Translations under genes and position numbers: made by a program
Notes under the pieces: model-generated
The model's input: only the letters and a program-made list of their open reading frames with translations
Told to the model about the DNA's origin: nothing
Database searches by the model: none
Part shown: positions 1-11,106 of the stretch, piece after piece
Layout of the letters: every line of letters starts with the position of its first letter
Position numbering within the stretch: the first letter of the stretch is position 1
Assembly: GCF_037042905.1 (NCBI RefSeq)
Contig: NC_087245.1
Location: forward strand, 10,790,001-10,854,000
DNA from: Lytechinus pictus
Lineage: Eukaryota
DNA length: 64,000 nt
Reading direction: 5' to 3'

Positions 1-212
1 GGTATATTTTCAGTGTCCGAATGGGAGATGTTGTACGTGTGTGACATCACAGATCTTGGTCGCATTGCCAATGGGGGGATCTCCATAGCATTAGTGATCT
101 CGACATTCAAATGCTCATAACTCTTCTATTGCTAGTCCTATTTTACTCAAAGTTTTGTTGATCTTATTCTTTGATTTTTCTGCTTTCACAAAAGCTAACT
201 TGCTCCAAGAGT
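1..212. mobile_element. Truncated right part of a non-autonomous DNA transposon, similar in layout to the element at 43783-44260
   Basis: Seen: GTGACATCAC...CTCATAACTCTT...TTCTGCTTTCACAAAAGCTAACTTG loosely matches the arms of the element at 43.8-44.3 kb (by eye). It is cut by the window edge. Confidence 0.45.
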
Positions 213-694
213 TCGTGAAACTGTCCATTACTGAGCACATCAGTATCTCGGCGTGCGGAAAAAAGAACAAAAGGTCGAATCAATCGATATGCGAACGACT
301 AAAAGTTAAAGCTTGAATCTCCACGGTCGGCAGACTTAGGGTGATTAAAAGTTGTAAAAGGAAAAATCAGCGCCTTCCTCAAATTTAGTGGAATGATCAT
401 CATTGATTTCTTGATAATTTTGATGAGTATAATGTCATTTCTGTAACACATAACTTCCATTTTCATTGCTATTACTGAAAAATCAAATAATCTATTTCCG
501 CCCAGCCTCAACGTTAGACCAATTATTTAAGTGGGCAGTGCTCACTCAATCATACATAGTTTTCCATTTTTTGGTGTCATTTAAAAGTTGAGCTTATTTG
601 GTTCCCATATTTATAAGCTTTTCCCCCATAATAATATATGTATATATTTTGCATTTGGTAACCATTTCAAAAGTGTATTTTTTTAGACGCACTG
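213..694. mobile_element. Tc1/mariner-type MITE fragment with only the right terminus visible
   Basis: Seen: ends in TTTTTTAGACGCACTG|TA, the same terminus type as the element ending at 6217 (GGGACGCACTG|TA). The left end was not found and the start is approximate. Confidence 0.5.
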
Positions 695-3284
695 TACAAG
701 TCATTAGAGGAACAGATTTACGATATCCTTTCCAGGAATAGTTTCAATAGCCCACAAATAGAAGGCTATTTAAATGCAAATGGCTAAAATATAATATGTC
801 TAATTATCTTCACGATTCACAAAGAAAAGAAAATAAATGTTAATTAAATGAAGCCCCCTTCAATGGTCGGTATATCACCTTTGAAGTACATTGTTGGTAC
901 CAATTTATACTATTAAATAAAGTTGTTTTCTGTTGAAGAAGTTATTTTAAAAATTTCTTCTTTTTATATCCCCTTTCATCATTTCTCTCCAGGTTTTTAT
1001 CATGTAGTGATTCTCATCTTTGTCATCTTGTTCTAGTTGATATTATTTTTTCTATTTCATATAAATTATCCGCCGACATAAAAGCAAGCATTTTTCTTCA
1101 TTTTATGAGGGAGGGAGGAGGTGGTTCCCATTTAAAAATATCACTTATTTTGTTTTGAATAGCTGTTACCGTTAAAACAATTATTTGCCCTCACCTAAAT
1201 CATTGGATACAATGTTCCCCTTTCTCCCTTTTCTGATTATCGGACCCACTCAATCGCACACATTTCCCTACCTCCGCTCATTCTTTAACCCATTACACTG
1301 TCCCCTCGTTTTCCATATTTAAAAACAAAATAATCTTGACTCTATTTCATAGGATTTTTATTATAGGTTTTTCATTCATTCTCAATTATTGGTTCGCTTT
1401 CTTTTCCTTTGCCTGTTAATTATCAGGATCAACTGTCGCTGTAAATACTGCATAATAATTGCATTTCGATAGAAAATACCATACAGATTGCAATAACTGT
1501 ATGATAAAAAGCAATTTCCTCCATTAATATTTTCCATCATCCTAATTCAGAAAGAGATTGTCTGTGGAATTAGCCCACATAGTAGGTCTATATGGGAAAT
1601 TTTGTTCGTGTGAACTGACAACCAAGAAACAACAAGTACTTATGACCTAGATATAAATTTGAAAATGCCAAAATTCTTTGGAGAACAGTTTATCGGTTAT
1701 AAACATGTTGGCAATGTGGGAGAGATGAAAATCAGAATCCTTTCCGGAATATATATATAGTTTTGTTTCCATTACCGTAAGCATATTTTTTCCCTAGAAA
1801 ATAATACAGAGAAAAATAATAACCCTAGAAAATGATATATGAATTAAAAAAATGAATTCGATTAAACCGCTTGTAAGGAATATTGGGAAAATTAATAAAC
1901 TGAACATGCTGAAGTCGTAATTACCTATTTATACATTAATTTTATGTTTTTATTCTACACCTGTCCCGAACTACAGCATGCTTGCAGGGGGAATTCATAT
2001 AATTTGCAATTGAATACATATCCGTCAAACACATGTTTTGCTGATTATTTGTCACACTGACAGGTTAAGTCACACAAACCGTCTTAAAGGATATTAATGT
2101 GTTACGATTCATGTGATTTCTGCTTAGCTTTATGTTTCAATTGAATTGAAATTGTATTCCTCATGCAATGACATCACTTTCCATCCCCCAATCAACTGTT
2201 ACCATGGTTACAAACTTACCCTACACGTCATTCTTCATTTTGTTCACTTGCATAGGTTGAGGACCGTGCTCAGAAAAAAGAACGATGGTATTTACTGGTA
2301 CGATTTATTGGAATGCCTTGGCTATGACTCTTTTAGACAAATACGAAATTTTCAAACATTATATGAAAGCAAAGCTTCTTCGGTATAATGAAAAAAAAAC
2401 CTGAATTTCCTATTTACTAGCATATATTTATTAGTACATGTATATCATGTAAATATATTTTTTTTGTTGGGGGGGGGGGGGGCACAAAGCTTATAGATTA
2501 AAAAAAAGACAAGTCTATTTAGTTGGTTGTTTCTCACTTCATATGTTATTCTCCTTTTTTTAATACCGTTTCTCTGCTTTTATAAATGTTTATCTGTATT
2601 TATTTTTCACGTTTGTGAGTTGCTCTTTGATTTGTTTTTCGGTATGACTACGTCGTCACGTGCATAAATAAAAACTGAAGAGTTATGTACAAAAAGGAAA
2701 CCTTATCGACAATCATTCTGCCTCTTAGGTTTCTTCCACACGTCATTCGTGTTGCATATTCATTCAGAATGCTTGTTAATCATGTTTTATATTTATGGTA
2801 TGTATTCAAAGGCAGTTCAGCATAGTGCTTTAATTATTATTTTTTTAATGTCACGTATCTCCGGAAATAAGATATTAATGAAAAATGAAATGCATATGGC
2901 ACTACATCAATTAACGTGCATCGGTTTTAGGTTAAACGTTTTAAATCGAACTCATTTTCAATTTGGGGTCAATATTACAATGGGCGAAGTGGAACAGAAA
3001 TAATTCGTGCAACACCCACGAAATCCTGATTAAACTAATTAATCACTATTATAAAATTTGATTCTGACAATGATTTTACATCTATTTGTCAGCTCCACGA
3101 TGTGCCCTACAATGATTCGATGAAATTTTGGCAGAAGCGTAACGAGATAAAAATTCTAAACTGCGAGTTTTCTTTTGAAGCATTTACTTATTCATTTATT
3201 TATTTTTATAAAGAAGTACTCCGTTTATCATTATATGTTTTTATTTCTCTTCCTCGATTTTATGATCATGATCAGAAAATATAT

Positions 3285-4103
3285 GAAGAGTTTAGTTGCA
3301 AAAGGGCTTAGGTCCGCTTTGGACCAATCTGAGAAAAACCATGTTTTTTAAACTCACTTACTGCAATATTCTTATGAGAAACTAAATTGTCATGATTTAC
3401 TACCCTATCATGTGAACATAAAATTGGGTATAAAAGAAATCTACCTGTCTTTATTTTTTTCCTATAAATTCTTTTAAAAATTATCATTGTGGACCTAAGC
3501 CCTTTTGCAAGTAAACTGAAATGAATCCAATCTATTTTGATTAAAAAAATGATTTTTCTTTGCCACTTTTTTTACGTTTTCATGTAAATTTCAAATTTTC
3601 TTTGTTTTCAACAAAGCGACTAAAAATTTAGAGGTTTTGAGACAGAAAACAATAAAATTTATGAACAATGGACCTAACCCCTTTTGACAAATGAGCTCTT
3701 CAGAAGAGTTTGTTTGCAAAAGGGGTTAGGTCCACTCCAAAAAAATATTTTTTTAATTCTCATATATTGCATATTGTTATGCGAAACTAAATTTTGAATA
3801 TTCCCTACTATGACAACATAAAATTGGGTATAAAAGAAATCTACCTTTATTCATATTTTTTTAAAATATTCTTTTCCAAAAAAATTCGGTGTGGACCTAA
3901 TCCCTTTTGCAACTAAACTGAAATGGACCTAACCCCTTTTGAAAAAAAAGTGATTTTTCTTTGCCATTTTTGATCACTTTTAAATAGGAATTTTAACTTT
4001 TCTTTGGTATCATCTTATGGAACTACTAAAAATCTATACATTGAGACCAAAAAATCAAATTTGATGAAAAACGGACCTAACCCCTTTTGCAAGTGAGCTC
4101 TTC
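3285..4103. mobile_element. Head-to-tail dimer of a ~410-bp TIR element (units 3285-3701 and 3703-4103) flanked by ATAT
   Basis: Seen: ATAT|GAAGAGTTTAGTTGCAAAAGGGCTTAGGTCC ... GGACCTAACCCCTTTTGCAAGTGAGCTCTTC|ATAT, with internal junction GAGCTCTTC-A-GAAGAGTTTG. The two units align along their length, and GGACCTAAxCCCTTTTG also recurs internally. Confidence 0.85.
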
Positions 4104-4369
4104 ATATAATGAAAACAAAAAAATCTCGTCAAAAGAGATTTTTTTATATCGATGAAATCATACTGAGATAAACATTTTGTCGATGAAATACATAATAATC
4201 TCGTTTTTTGAAAGAGCTTCGTTAAGTATATTTCGCTTCGATTTAGAACGACCTCGAGAGATTAAATATACATGCATTCTATTGCCTAAACCCGTTTTGT
4301 TCTCTTTCTAATTTCCTGAATATTCTCGGAATAGGATTGACAAAATTTAGCAAACATCGTAGGCGGAAA

Positions 4370-4906
4370 GTTCGGGCTACATGACGTTTCTTTCATTTTA
4401 CTGACACAAAGACAATACAAGAAATTGTGCGTGGGGAAGAAAAAAGCAACGTGAGCGTGCGGTTTCCTGTCAATGTATAGTGCGTCAATCTCTGCGCGTC
4501 GACCACATACAAATCATGATTGCTCTCACTACTCTCGTCCATTTCCAAATGCAGCATTATTACGCTTGTCATTCTAAGCTTTTGATTGGTCTAAAACTCA
4601 GTGCCTACCAGTGGAATCTTCATGAAGGGAAAGTGGGGAATAGTATTTCTGTTCAAATGAGTACATAATTCCTTTCAATTTCTTGACACAGGTGCGAAAG
4701 AATAATACTCTGGGAAATACGGACAGTGGCGGGAAAGAGCACGCTTGGATTTTGGCGTCGCTTCGAGTGGTTGGACCTTACCAGCTGTTCTTTGTCGCCC
4801 TAGTGTGGGGTTCCTTTTTTAAACCAAGATTTTGCGGCTCCGCATCTGATATCTCTTCCACTACCACCACTAGCATTCGAGAGCGGGGGACCGACGGGGG
4901 CGAAAG
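4370..4906 (+). promoter_or_regulatory. CpG-richer 5' region of the orexin-type gene: candidate proximal promoter and 5'UTR
   Basis: Seen: TGACGT at 4382, TGCGTCA at 4481, inverted CCAAT (ATTGG) at 4585. There is also a possible acceptor TTTCTTGACACAG| at 4691 and a possible donor AAC|GTGAGC at 4451, so a short 5'UTR intron is an alternative reading. The transcription start cannot be fixed. Confidence 0.45.
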
Positions 4907-5184
4907 ATGAGGCTTGGAAGGTTATGCAGCATCGTGGTGTTGGTGATTGCTGCCTGCTGTTTACTGGTGAGGGGTCAATCACCCTGTTGTCGGAGAGCTA
5001 AGGGGTGTTCGTTTCCCCCGGGCTGCAGTTGCCCGTTGAAGATGAGTTTTTGTGGGGATCCATCCCGTGGACTACAGATCGTGGGTAAGAAGAGTGACAC
5101 GTCTTCTACCGGAGGATACAGTACTAACAATCTACAGAAATATGCTTACCACCCCGCCGATAGAGATTATGTAAAACACGACAG
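4907..5184 (+). CDS. HCRT: Orexin-type neuropeptide precursor (echinoderm orexin-2-like), first coding exon: signal peptide aa1-23, mature peptide at nt 4976-5083, GKK at 5084-5092, start of C-terminal propeptide
   Basis: Seen: ATG at 4907, hydrophobic signal MRLGRLCSIVVLVIAACCLLVRG, then QSPCCRRAKGCSFPPGCSCPLKMSFCGDPSRGLQIV-GKK (CC-x5-C-x5-C-x-C-x6-C). A donor ACAG|GTGAGA lies at 5184/5185 (phase 2), so the ORF-track stop at 5186-5188 is probably intronic. Known: echinoderm orexin-type peptides have six cysteines starting with CC and a DPSxGL-type amidated C-terminus; human orexin-A begins QPLPDCC and is amidated. The symbol denotes the family homologue only. Confidence 0.93.
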
Positions 5185-5411
5185 GTGAGATTTTGTAAGA
5201 ATTTGTTTATACAAAAGTATAGATTTAGCAGGCATGTATACAAGAAAAGTAACCTCAAAGGCATATAATGGCTTTCAGAATCGAATTATAACTGTTTCGT
5301 ACACGAAAAGTCTGCCATTGCATATTGACTGTACGTTATACCCCCACCCCTCTCCTTAATACCTGACTGTAATACATATGTGGTAGGTTTGTCTTTTGAC
5401 AGTTGGGTATA

Positions 5412-6217
5412 CAATGCGTCCCACAAAAAACGAAACCGAGATTTTTAACTTAATCACAAATACAATAGACAAATGACCTACCATTGTAAAGCTTTAAATC
5501 TCCTCTTTCATCTGAAAGTACTTAGATTACTTCGCATTCACGCATGAGTGAGCGAAAACAATTTGAAGAGGTGATACCAAAAAGTCATTTGGCGGGCTGT
5601 ATCTGGGTTTCAAAAAGAAAACCACATTTTTAAAAAGTTCAATATCTGCCCTTTAATTTGATACCTCAATTACAGAAAATGGTCAAGAAATAACAAAGTT
5701 CTGGTTATTTGAGATAAGGCTTGAATTTCAATAATTTCATAAAATAAAGAGGTTTTACAGGCTAGCGTTACAACTCTCTCGACACTCCGTTTTGTTGACG
5801 ATCAGCCATGCATTAAGTCTTTTGTTAACCATGCGATAGCTTCTGTGGGAAACCGGTGAAAACACGTTTATTTAATGAAATTATGGAAATACAAGCATTG
5901 TTTCGAGGGAACATAACTTTTTTTACTTCTTGACCATTTTTTGTGATTAAGGTATCAAATGAAAGAGCAGATATTGAAATTTTTGGCATGTGATTTTCTT
6001 TTTGAAATTCAGATACCCCCCGCCAAATGAGTTTTTGGTATCCTTTCTCCGAATTGTTTTGGCTCACTCATGCCTGAATGAGAAATAATCTAAGTAATTT
6101 CAAATGAAAGAGGAGATTCTAAGCTTTACATTGGTACGTCACTTGTCTATTGTATTTGTGATTAAGTTATGATAAATCGTCGCTTAATCTCGGTTTCGTT
6201 TTTTCTGGGACGCACTG
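5412..6217. mobile_element. Tc1/mariner-type foldback MITE (806 bp, ~350-bp inverted arms, TA target duplication) in intron 1
   Basis: Seen: TA|CAATGCGTCCCACAAAAAACGAAACCGAGATT ... AATCTCGGTTTCGTTTTTTCTGGGACGCACTG|TA. The arms stay complementary inward (e.g. GATACCAAAAAGTCATTTGGCGGG vs CCCGCCAAATGAGTTTTTGGTATC). Known: CAGTG termini plus a TA TSD typify Tc1/mariner. Confidence 0.9.
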
Positions 6218-9200
6218 TATAATATATCATATTTGAAATATTTTTCTTGCAAAAGATAAAATAATACCCTAAAATCATTTAAAGTATTAAGGCGACAAAT
6301 CACACTTCACTAAGCAGCTATGACATTATTAAATCTGCTTTGTCTTTTCCTTCATGCACCATATTAACCAAATCGTTATTTGACTAATATTTTTTTAAGC
6401 GAAATGAAGAATGGTATTTAACATTGTTTACTGTGAGTGTAAGAGCTAATACAATATATACTGAAGAAAGATCAATTATGAGACAACATTTCATAGTTCT
6501 TACTTCACAAATAACCATGAAAACATACAGATGTATTAATTTTTCTTTTTCGATCAGATTCATTGAACTTGTCACTTTCTTACAGTGCAATATTTTTCCA
6601 AACTTTTCGTTTAAACAAAATAAATTCAGTTATTAAAATTTACAAGGATGAGTACATACAAAAGCATTGTTCCTGAACGGAGATTACAGACCTATTCATA
6701 ATTTTTTGATCTACTGGATCTTTCCAACTCGAAAAATACTTGCATGAGAGTTTGCCAAGAAATTCAAGTTTAAATACTAAAAAAAAATGATTCCTTAAAA
6801 TCTTTAAGACATTAGGAATCTATAGCGAATTAAATGCATTATTGTCCTTACTATTAGATTTTTTTCAAAGCATCATGTGATGTGTCGACAATATTCGTAT
6901 AAATTGTGTCTCTTAAAGCTATTGAAGATACGCTGCGGAACAAGCACTGTTTGAAACTATAGATTACTCCAGTTCTACGCAAAAGACGGAATCTGAATGG
7001 ATGGAAAGTGTTCGGGAAGGTGACTACATCAAGTAGACTATCATCCGTGAAATTGAATGGGAAAAAAGTTGTTTCTATGTCCCATGCGTCATTTCTACTT
7101 CACTCCAAGCACCGATTTATTGCTGGTGATCAATTGCCGTGTGTGAACGGGGGGGGGGGGGGGGAGGGGTCAAGATGGCTTAGGATTTGACTACTGAGTG
7201 TTGTAATTCCCATGTAACTTATATTATAAATTTAGGATCATCACATTCCAATCGGTAACGGGTTAATAGAATCATCCAAGGCTTGTAGGCTCAACCAAAT
7301 ACCTTTATCAAACCATGTTTTAGGTTGTGATGAGGACAATTTTTTATTTCACACTCTGTGCTCGTTTTGTAGTCAGTGTGGCCCCTTTTACATGCATTCA
7401 AAATGATGTAAACATGTAAGTAGTTTTATGGCCTATATTTGCATATAGTAGCCTATTTTACTCCGAATCTGATGAAATTATCATAGTTAAACTTATTTCA
7501 TTTACAAACCCAAAATTTGAATAACATCATGCATGTTTGCTATAAGTTGTATTTTTTCTCCATAGATATAACTGTAGCTGCAAACGGTCGTCTCCTAGTA
7601 CATCACCCTTCAATCAAAAACGATACTTTTAAAATATCATTTCGCCCAAATAGGCAACGTCGCAGGGTGCACTGACGGAGTTTGATAAGCATTGTAATAA
7701 GAAAAGAAAAATTTGACCAAAGGCCTCAAAATCTGTTGCAAATCTGTTTGTAATGACTGACTTAAGTTTGGGTAAAGACTCTACGATGTGAAATATATTG
7801 GGTCATTTTCTAACATTGAAATCATACAAAAATGCAATGAACGTTAAATAATTAGCATTGGATAATGTTTCAATAATGGGAATTGTAATGTCAAGCAAGA
7901 GAGTTTATTAGATACGTCTATCATGTTATTGATGTTTGTACTCAAAGCGATTAAACACATTACGATTCAGTTAATATATACCAGGCAAGGTCAACATGGT
8001 AATCATGATTCACGAAGATTAGATCCTCCTGAATAATACCGTTTGAAGAAATAACAATTACAAAATCTTCATTTGAAATCTTCGTGGAATCTTCATGTTT
8101 GAAAAATAAAAATTTGAATTTATTCATTTTTTCTGTTAGGTTCAGTGTTTCGACTGCATTATTTAGCGCGTTTCATGATAAAATTTTTCAATTATTTTCA
8201 ATCGATGAAGTCAAATTTTTGAAACAATGAAATCATATTTTGCCGAAACTTATACAGGCTTTAAGATGAACTATTTAAACTCATTGTTATTAGCCAGATG
8301 TCCTCAAATCCGTTACCTTCAACTCTTCCTCGTAATCTCGCCAAATCCTACCTAACCACACACCCACCTCCAAGTTCTTACTAACAAACACAAACGTACA
8401 CACCCTACCCGGTCACTGATAAGTTCCATTTTTTATTGTAGGACTTTAACATTTGGCTAGAACAGCTTCATTTCTGGAGAAATATATATGTATAGATAAA
8501 AGCAGAAATCTCGTGCAAGTGGTAACAAACATTTTAATGGAGGTAACTGATGGGTGGATGTAGATACACTCCTTGTGATTGGTCTTTTGTGTGCCTCAAA
8601 GCCAAATGGGAGGACGTGCATAATCCGCACTTGCTATAATTCTGTTGGGATACACATATAATATTTCAATATATTCATGTTCCCAATTCATTCAACATTC
8701 CTTGTTCAGAATAAACAGCTAAATATCAGCAACGAAGCAATGAAGTCATTCCTCCAAACATGCACATTTTCTTTTATTTCGATGTTTGAATTATGAGTAG
8801 TGTCTGCGTTGTTGTTTTAGGTTCGTTACAATTTTTAGTAAAATATCCCCACCCTTTCTATGTTTATGATATGGCATTTTCTGTTTAACTTCCCAAAATT
8901 GCGATTTACCATTTAGCTCCGGGGCAATACTTCAAATTGCTCATGTGATCGATCGTCTCACCATATCCCCCAACGACTAAATTTACAGTATTGTGTAGAT
9001 GGCACAAAGGGTGGAAATGAACGAATTTCAAATTGTAGATTCAGGCACCCGTGACGTCCCAAATACCCGGGACAATCAAGGCACTCATTAACTTGGTCCC
9101 GCTGGAGGAGGAATTCGATTTAGGATTGGCAAATCTCAAACATAGAGCTATTACTATGGGCACCTGCAAGGGGTGCGAACCGTACACCGTATGCAGCAGA

Positions 9201-10725
9201 AGACGAAGAACGAGGGGCTAGCAGAAGGAAACACACGTTACAGGAATAAGTTAAGGCAAGGTTTCGAAAAGGGGAAAGGGGGCTGTGTCGTACTTCGTAA
9301 ATGTCCCTTTGGGGTTATGTACATAGATTATTGAAAATTGATAGATAACTGAATACAGGTTAAATGGTATTTGTACAGCTTGGCTAAACTTTTTGATGAG
9401 AATGTTCCGCCATGGGTAATTCGTCCTTCTCTTGTTGCACAAGATTTTATTTCAAAAGTAGACACTTAAAAAGCACAACAACACACACACACACAAAGAA
9501 AGAAAGCTTATGAATATATATCCTCATATACCTCTACCTTAATTTCAGTATATTAATGGGAATGTTACACGCTAAATACTCAATGTAAAATGGACTCTTG
9601 GACTGTCAGTTTGTGTCGATATGAAGGCCTATCTACTCTTTTATTTAAAAAAAAATCCGCATTAACCACTTTCGGAGTACAGTGTCATATACACTGAATA
9701 TTTGAATTGTATTTTGTCCACTTTGTAATGATAAAAATGATAGATCAAAACTTGGTGACATAAACTACCTGGCAAGTTTAGGAAGAAAGTTTAGATCCCT
9801 GAGATACCAAATATAAAAACAGACAAAGACGTTGAAAGCTAATTAATGAATAACTTAACTACTTTCGGAAAGGCCGTTCAGTGATTGCGCAATCGGTATG
9901 TAGGCGCTAGGCAACTAACTACTATTCTAGCAATTAGTATCCGCCTAATGTTAACGGGCAGACACACGCATACATGCACGGTATGTTCATATCTAATGCT
10001 GATTAGATTTCACAAAATATAATCAATGCATAAGATTGAAAGAAATTTTCATCAGTAGTCCCTTTTTTCAATCTTACTGATCTGGGCATACGAGAAGAAT
10101 AATTTGTAATTCCTGCATATTTTCATTTGATGTGTTCAAAATCACGAAATACCGGACAAAAAGGCGTCCTAGGTAGGGCCGTACAATACGCTCGAAAAAG
10201 TTTTTGAAATCCATGACGACTTGTTACCTTGTATCCAACTTTACATACACAATATATAGATACACACAACACCCCCCACACACACACACACACAACCACC
10301 ACCTCGTTGAAGAGGAAAATGGTCGAGGATGAAAGTAATCTACGATTAAATATCTTTGGACTTTACAAAGAACTCGAGGAAAGGTCTACTCACGTAAGGA
10401 TATAGAAGCACCATAACTACATCATCTCATGGATGTATGATGATATTATCATAAGCTAGATGCCCATCACACTGATGGAGATAACATACCCCTCTATCAC
10501 CGCTGCTAATGTTACGACATTGTCAAGGTCATCGGGGCTCAATCCTTCCGTGTTCGGCTAAGAGGAGTCAGGGCTTGTTGAACGATGGTCGGAAGCTTTT
10601 ACGCCTCTTTGAATCTTGAATTACTCTGATTGCATTGTGACTGGATGTGGAAGAATGGAATTAAAAGATGATGAAGTGGAGTTCTACTTTTCAAGGCCTA
10701 CCTAGGGGTAGAAAGCAAACACACC

Positions 10726-11106
10726 TTAAATGCGTAAGTTAACGTTATATACATGTAATAAAAAATAAAGCAGAGATGAAATATATCCATGGATGCCTTT
10801 CTATTAACCTAAAAACTCTGAAACCAACAAAAAAAATCAAAAGAAATGCTTTTGATACGTTATGATCAAATATTTTGTGTAATTTCTTTCGTGCCGACAA
10901 TAATAGAACACATAAGTGTATGTGATGAAATCAAGATGGTGTTTCCAGTCACTTTATGTTTTACTTTTTGAAGCACCAAATAATAATTTTCGGAAGCGAT
11001 TCTATCTGGGCTTCATTTTTGTAACATATCACAGACACAGGTGACAGGTGGGACCTCGCAGCTCAGACTTTTAAAATGTCAAATCAATGTTAGCCAATGC
11101 CTTTAA
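10726..11106. mobile_element. TTAA-flanked non-autonomous DNA transposon (Kolobok-like ends), degenerate
   Basis: Seen: the right end AATGTTAGCCAATGCCTTTAA loosely mirrors TTAAATGCGTAAGTTAACGTT at ~10726. The reverse complement of 10940-11106 aligns by eye with 24266-24426. Confidence 0.55.

Noticed and set aside
3285..4103. CRISPR-like array of GGACCTAACCCCTTTTG repeats
   Set aside because: Spacing is irregular, repeats occur in both orientations, the intervening sequences are themselves duplicated, there are no cas genes and the context is eukaryotic. They are TIR sub-repeats.
5185..5188. Stop codon ending the 93-aa ORF, implying a single-exon gene
   Set aside because: It overlaps a consensus donor (CAG|GTGAGA) and phase-compatible downstream exons exist. 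Read-through is possible but less likely.
8140..8230. Phase-compatible acceptor giving RFSVSTALFSAFHDKIFQLFSIDEVKFLKQ*
   Set aside because: The peptide is F/I/K-rich as expected from AT-rich noncoding DNA and has no processing sites. It is weaker than the 43642 exon.
8442..8495. Acceptor followed by DFNIWLEQLHFWRNIYV*
   Set aside because: It needs a phase-0 donor. Exon 1 ends in phase 2 and I found no linking exon.
9039..9221. About 60 open codons (IQAPVTSQIPG...CSRRRRTRG*) after an AG
   Set aside because: The acceptor is weak, the phase is wrong for exon 1, and there is no recognisable family.
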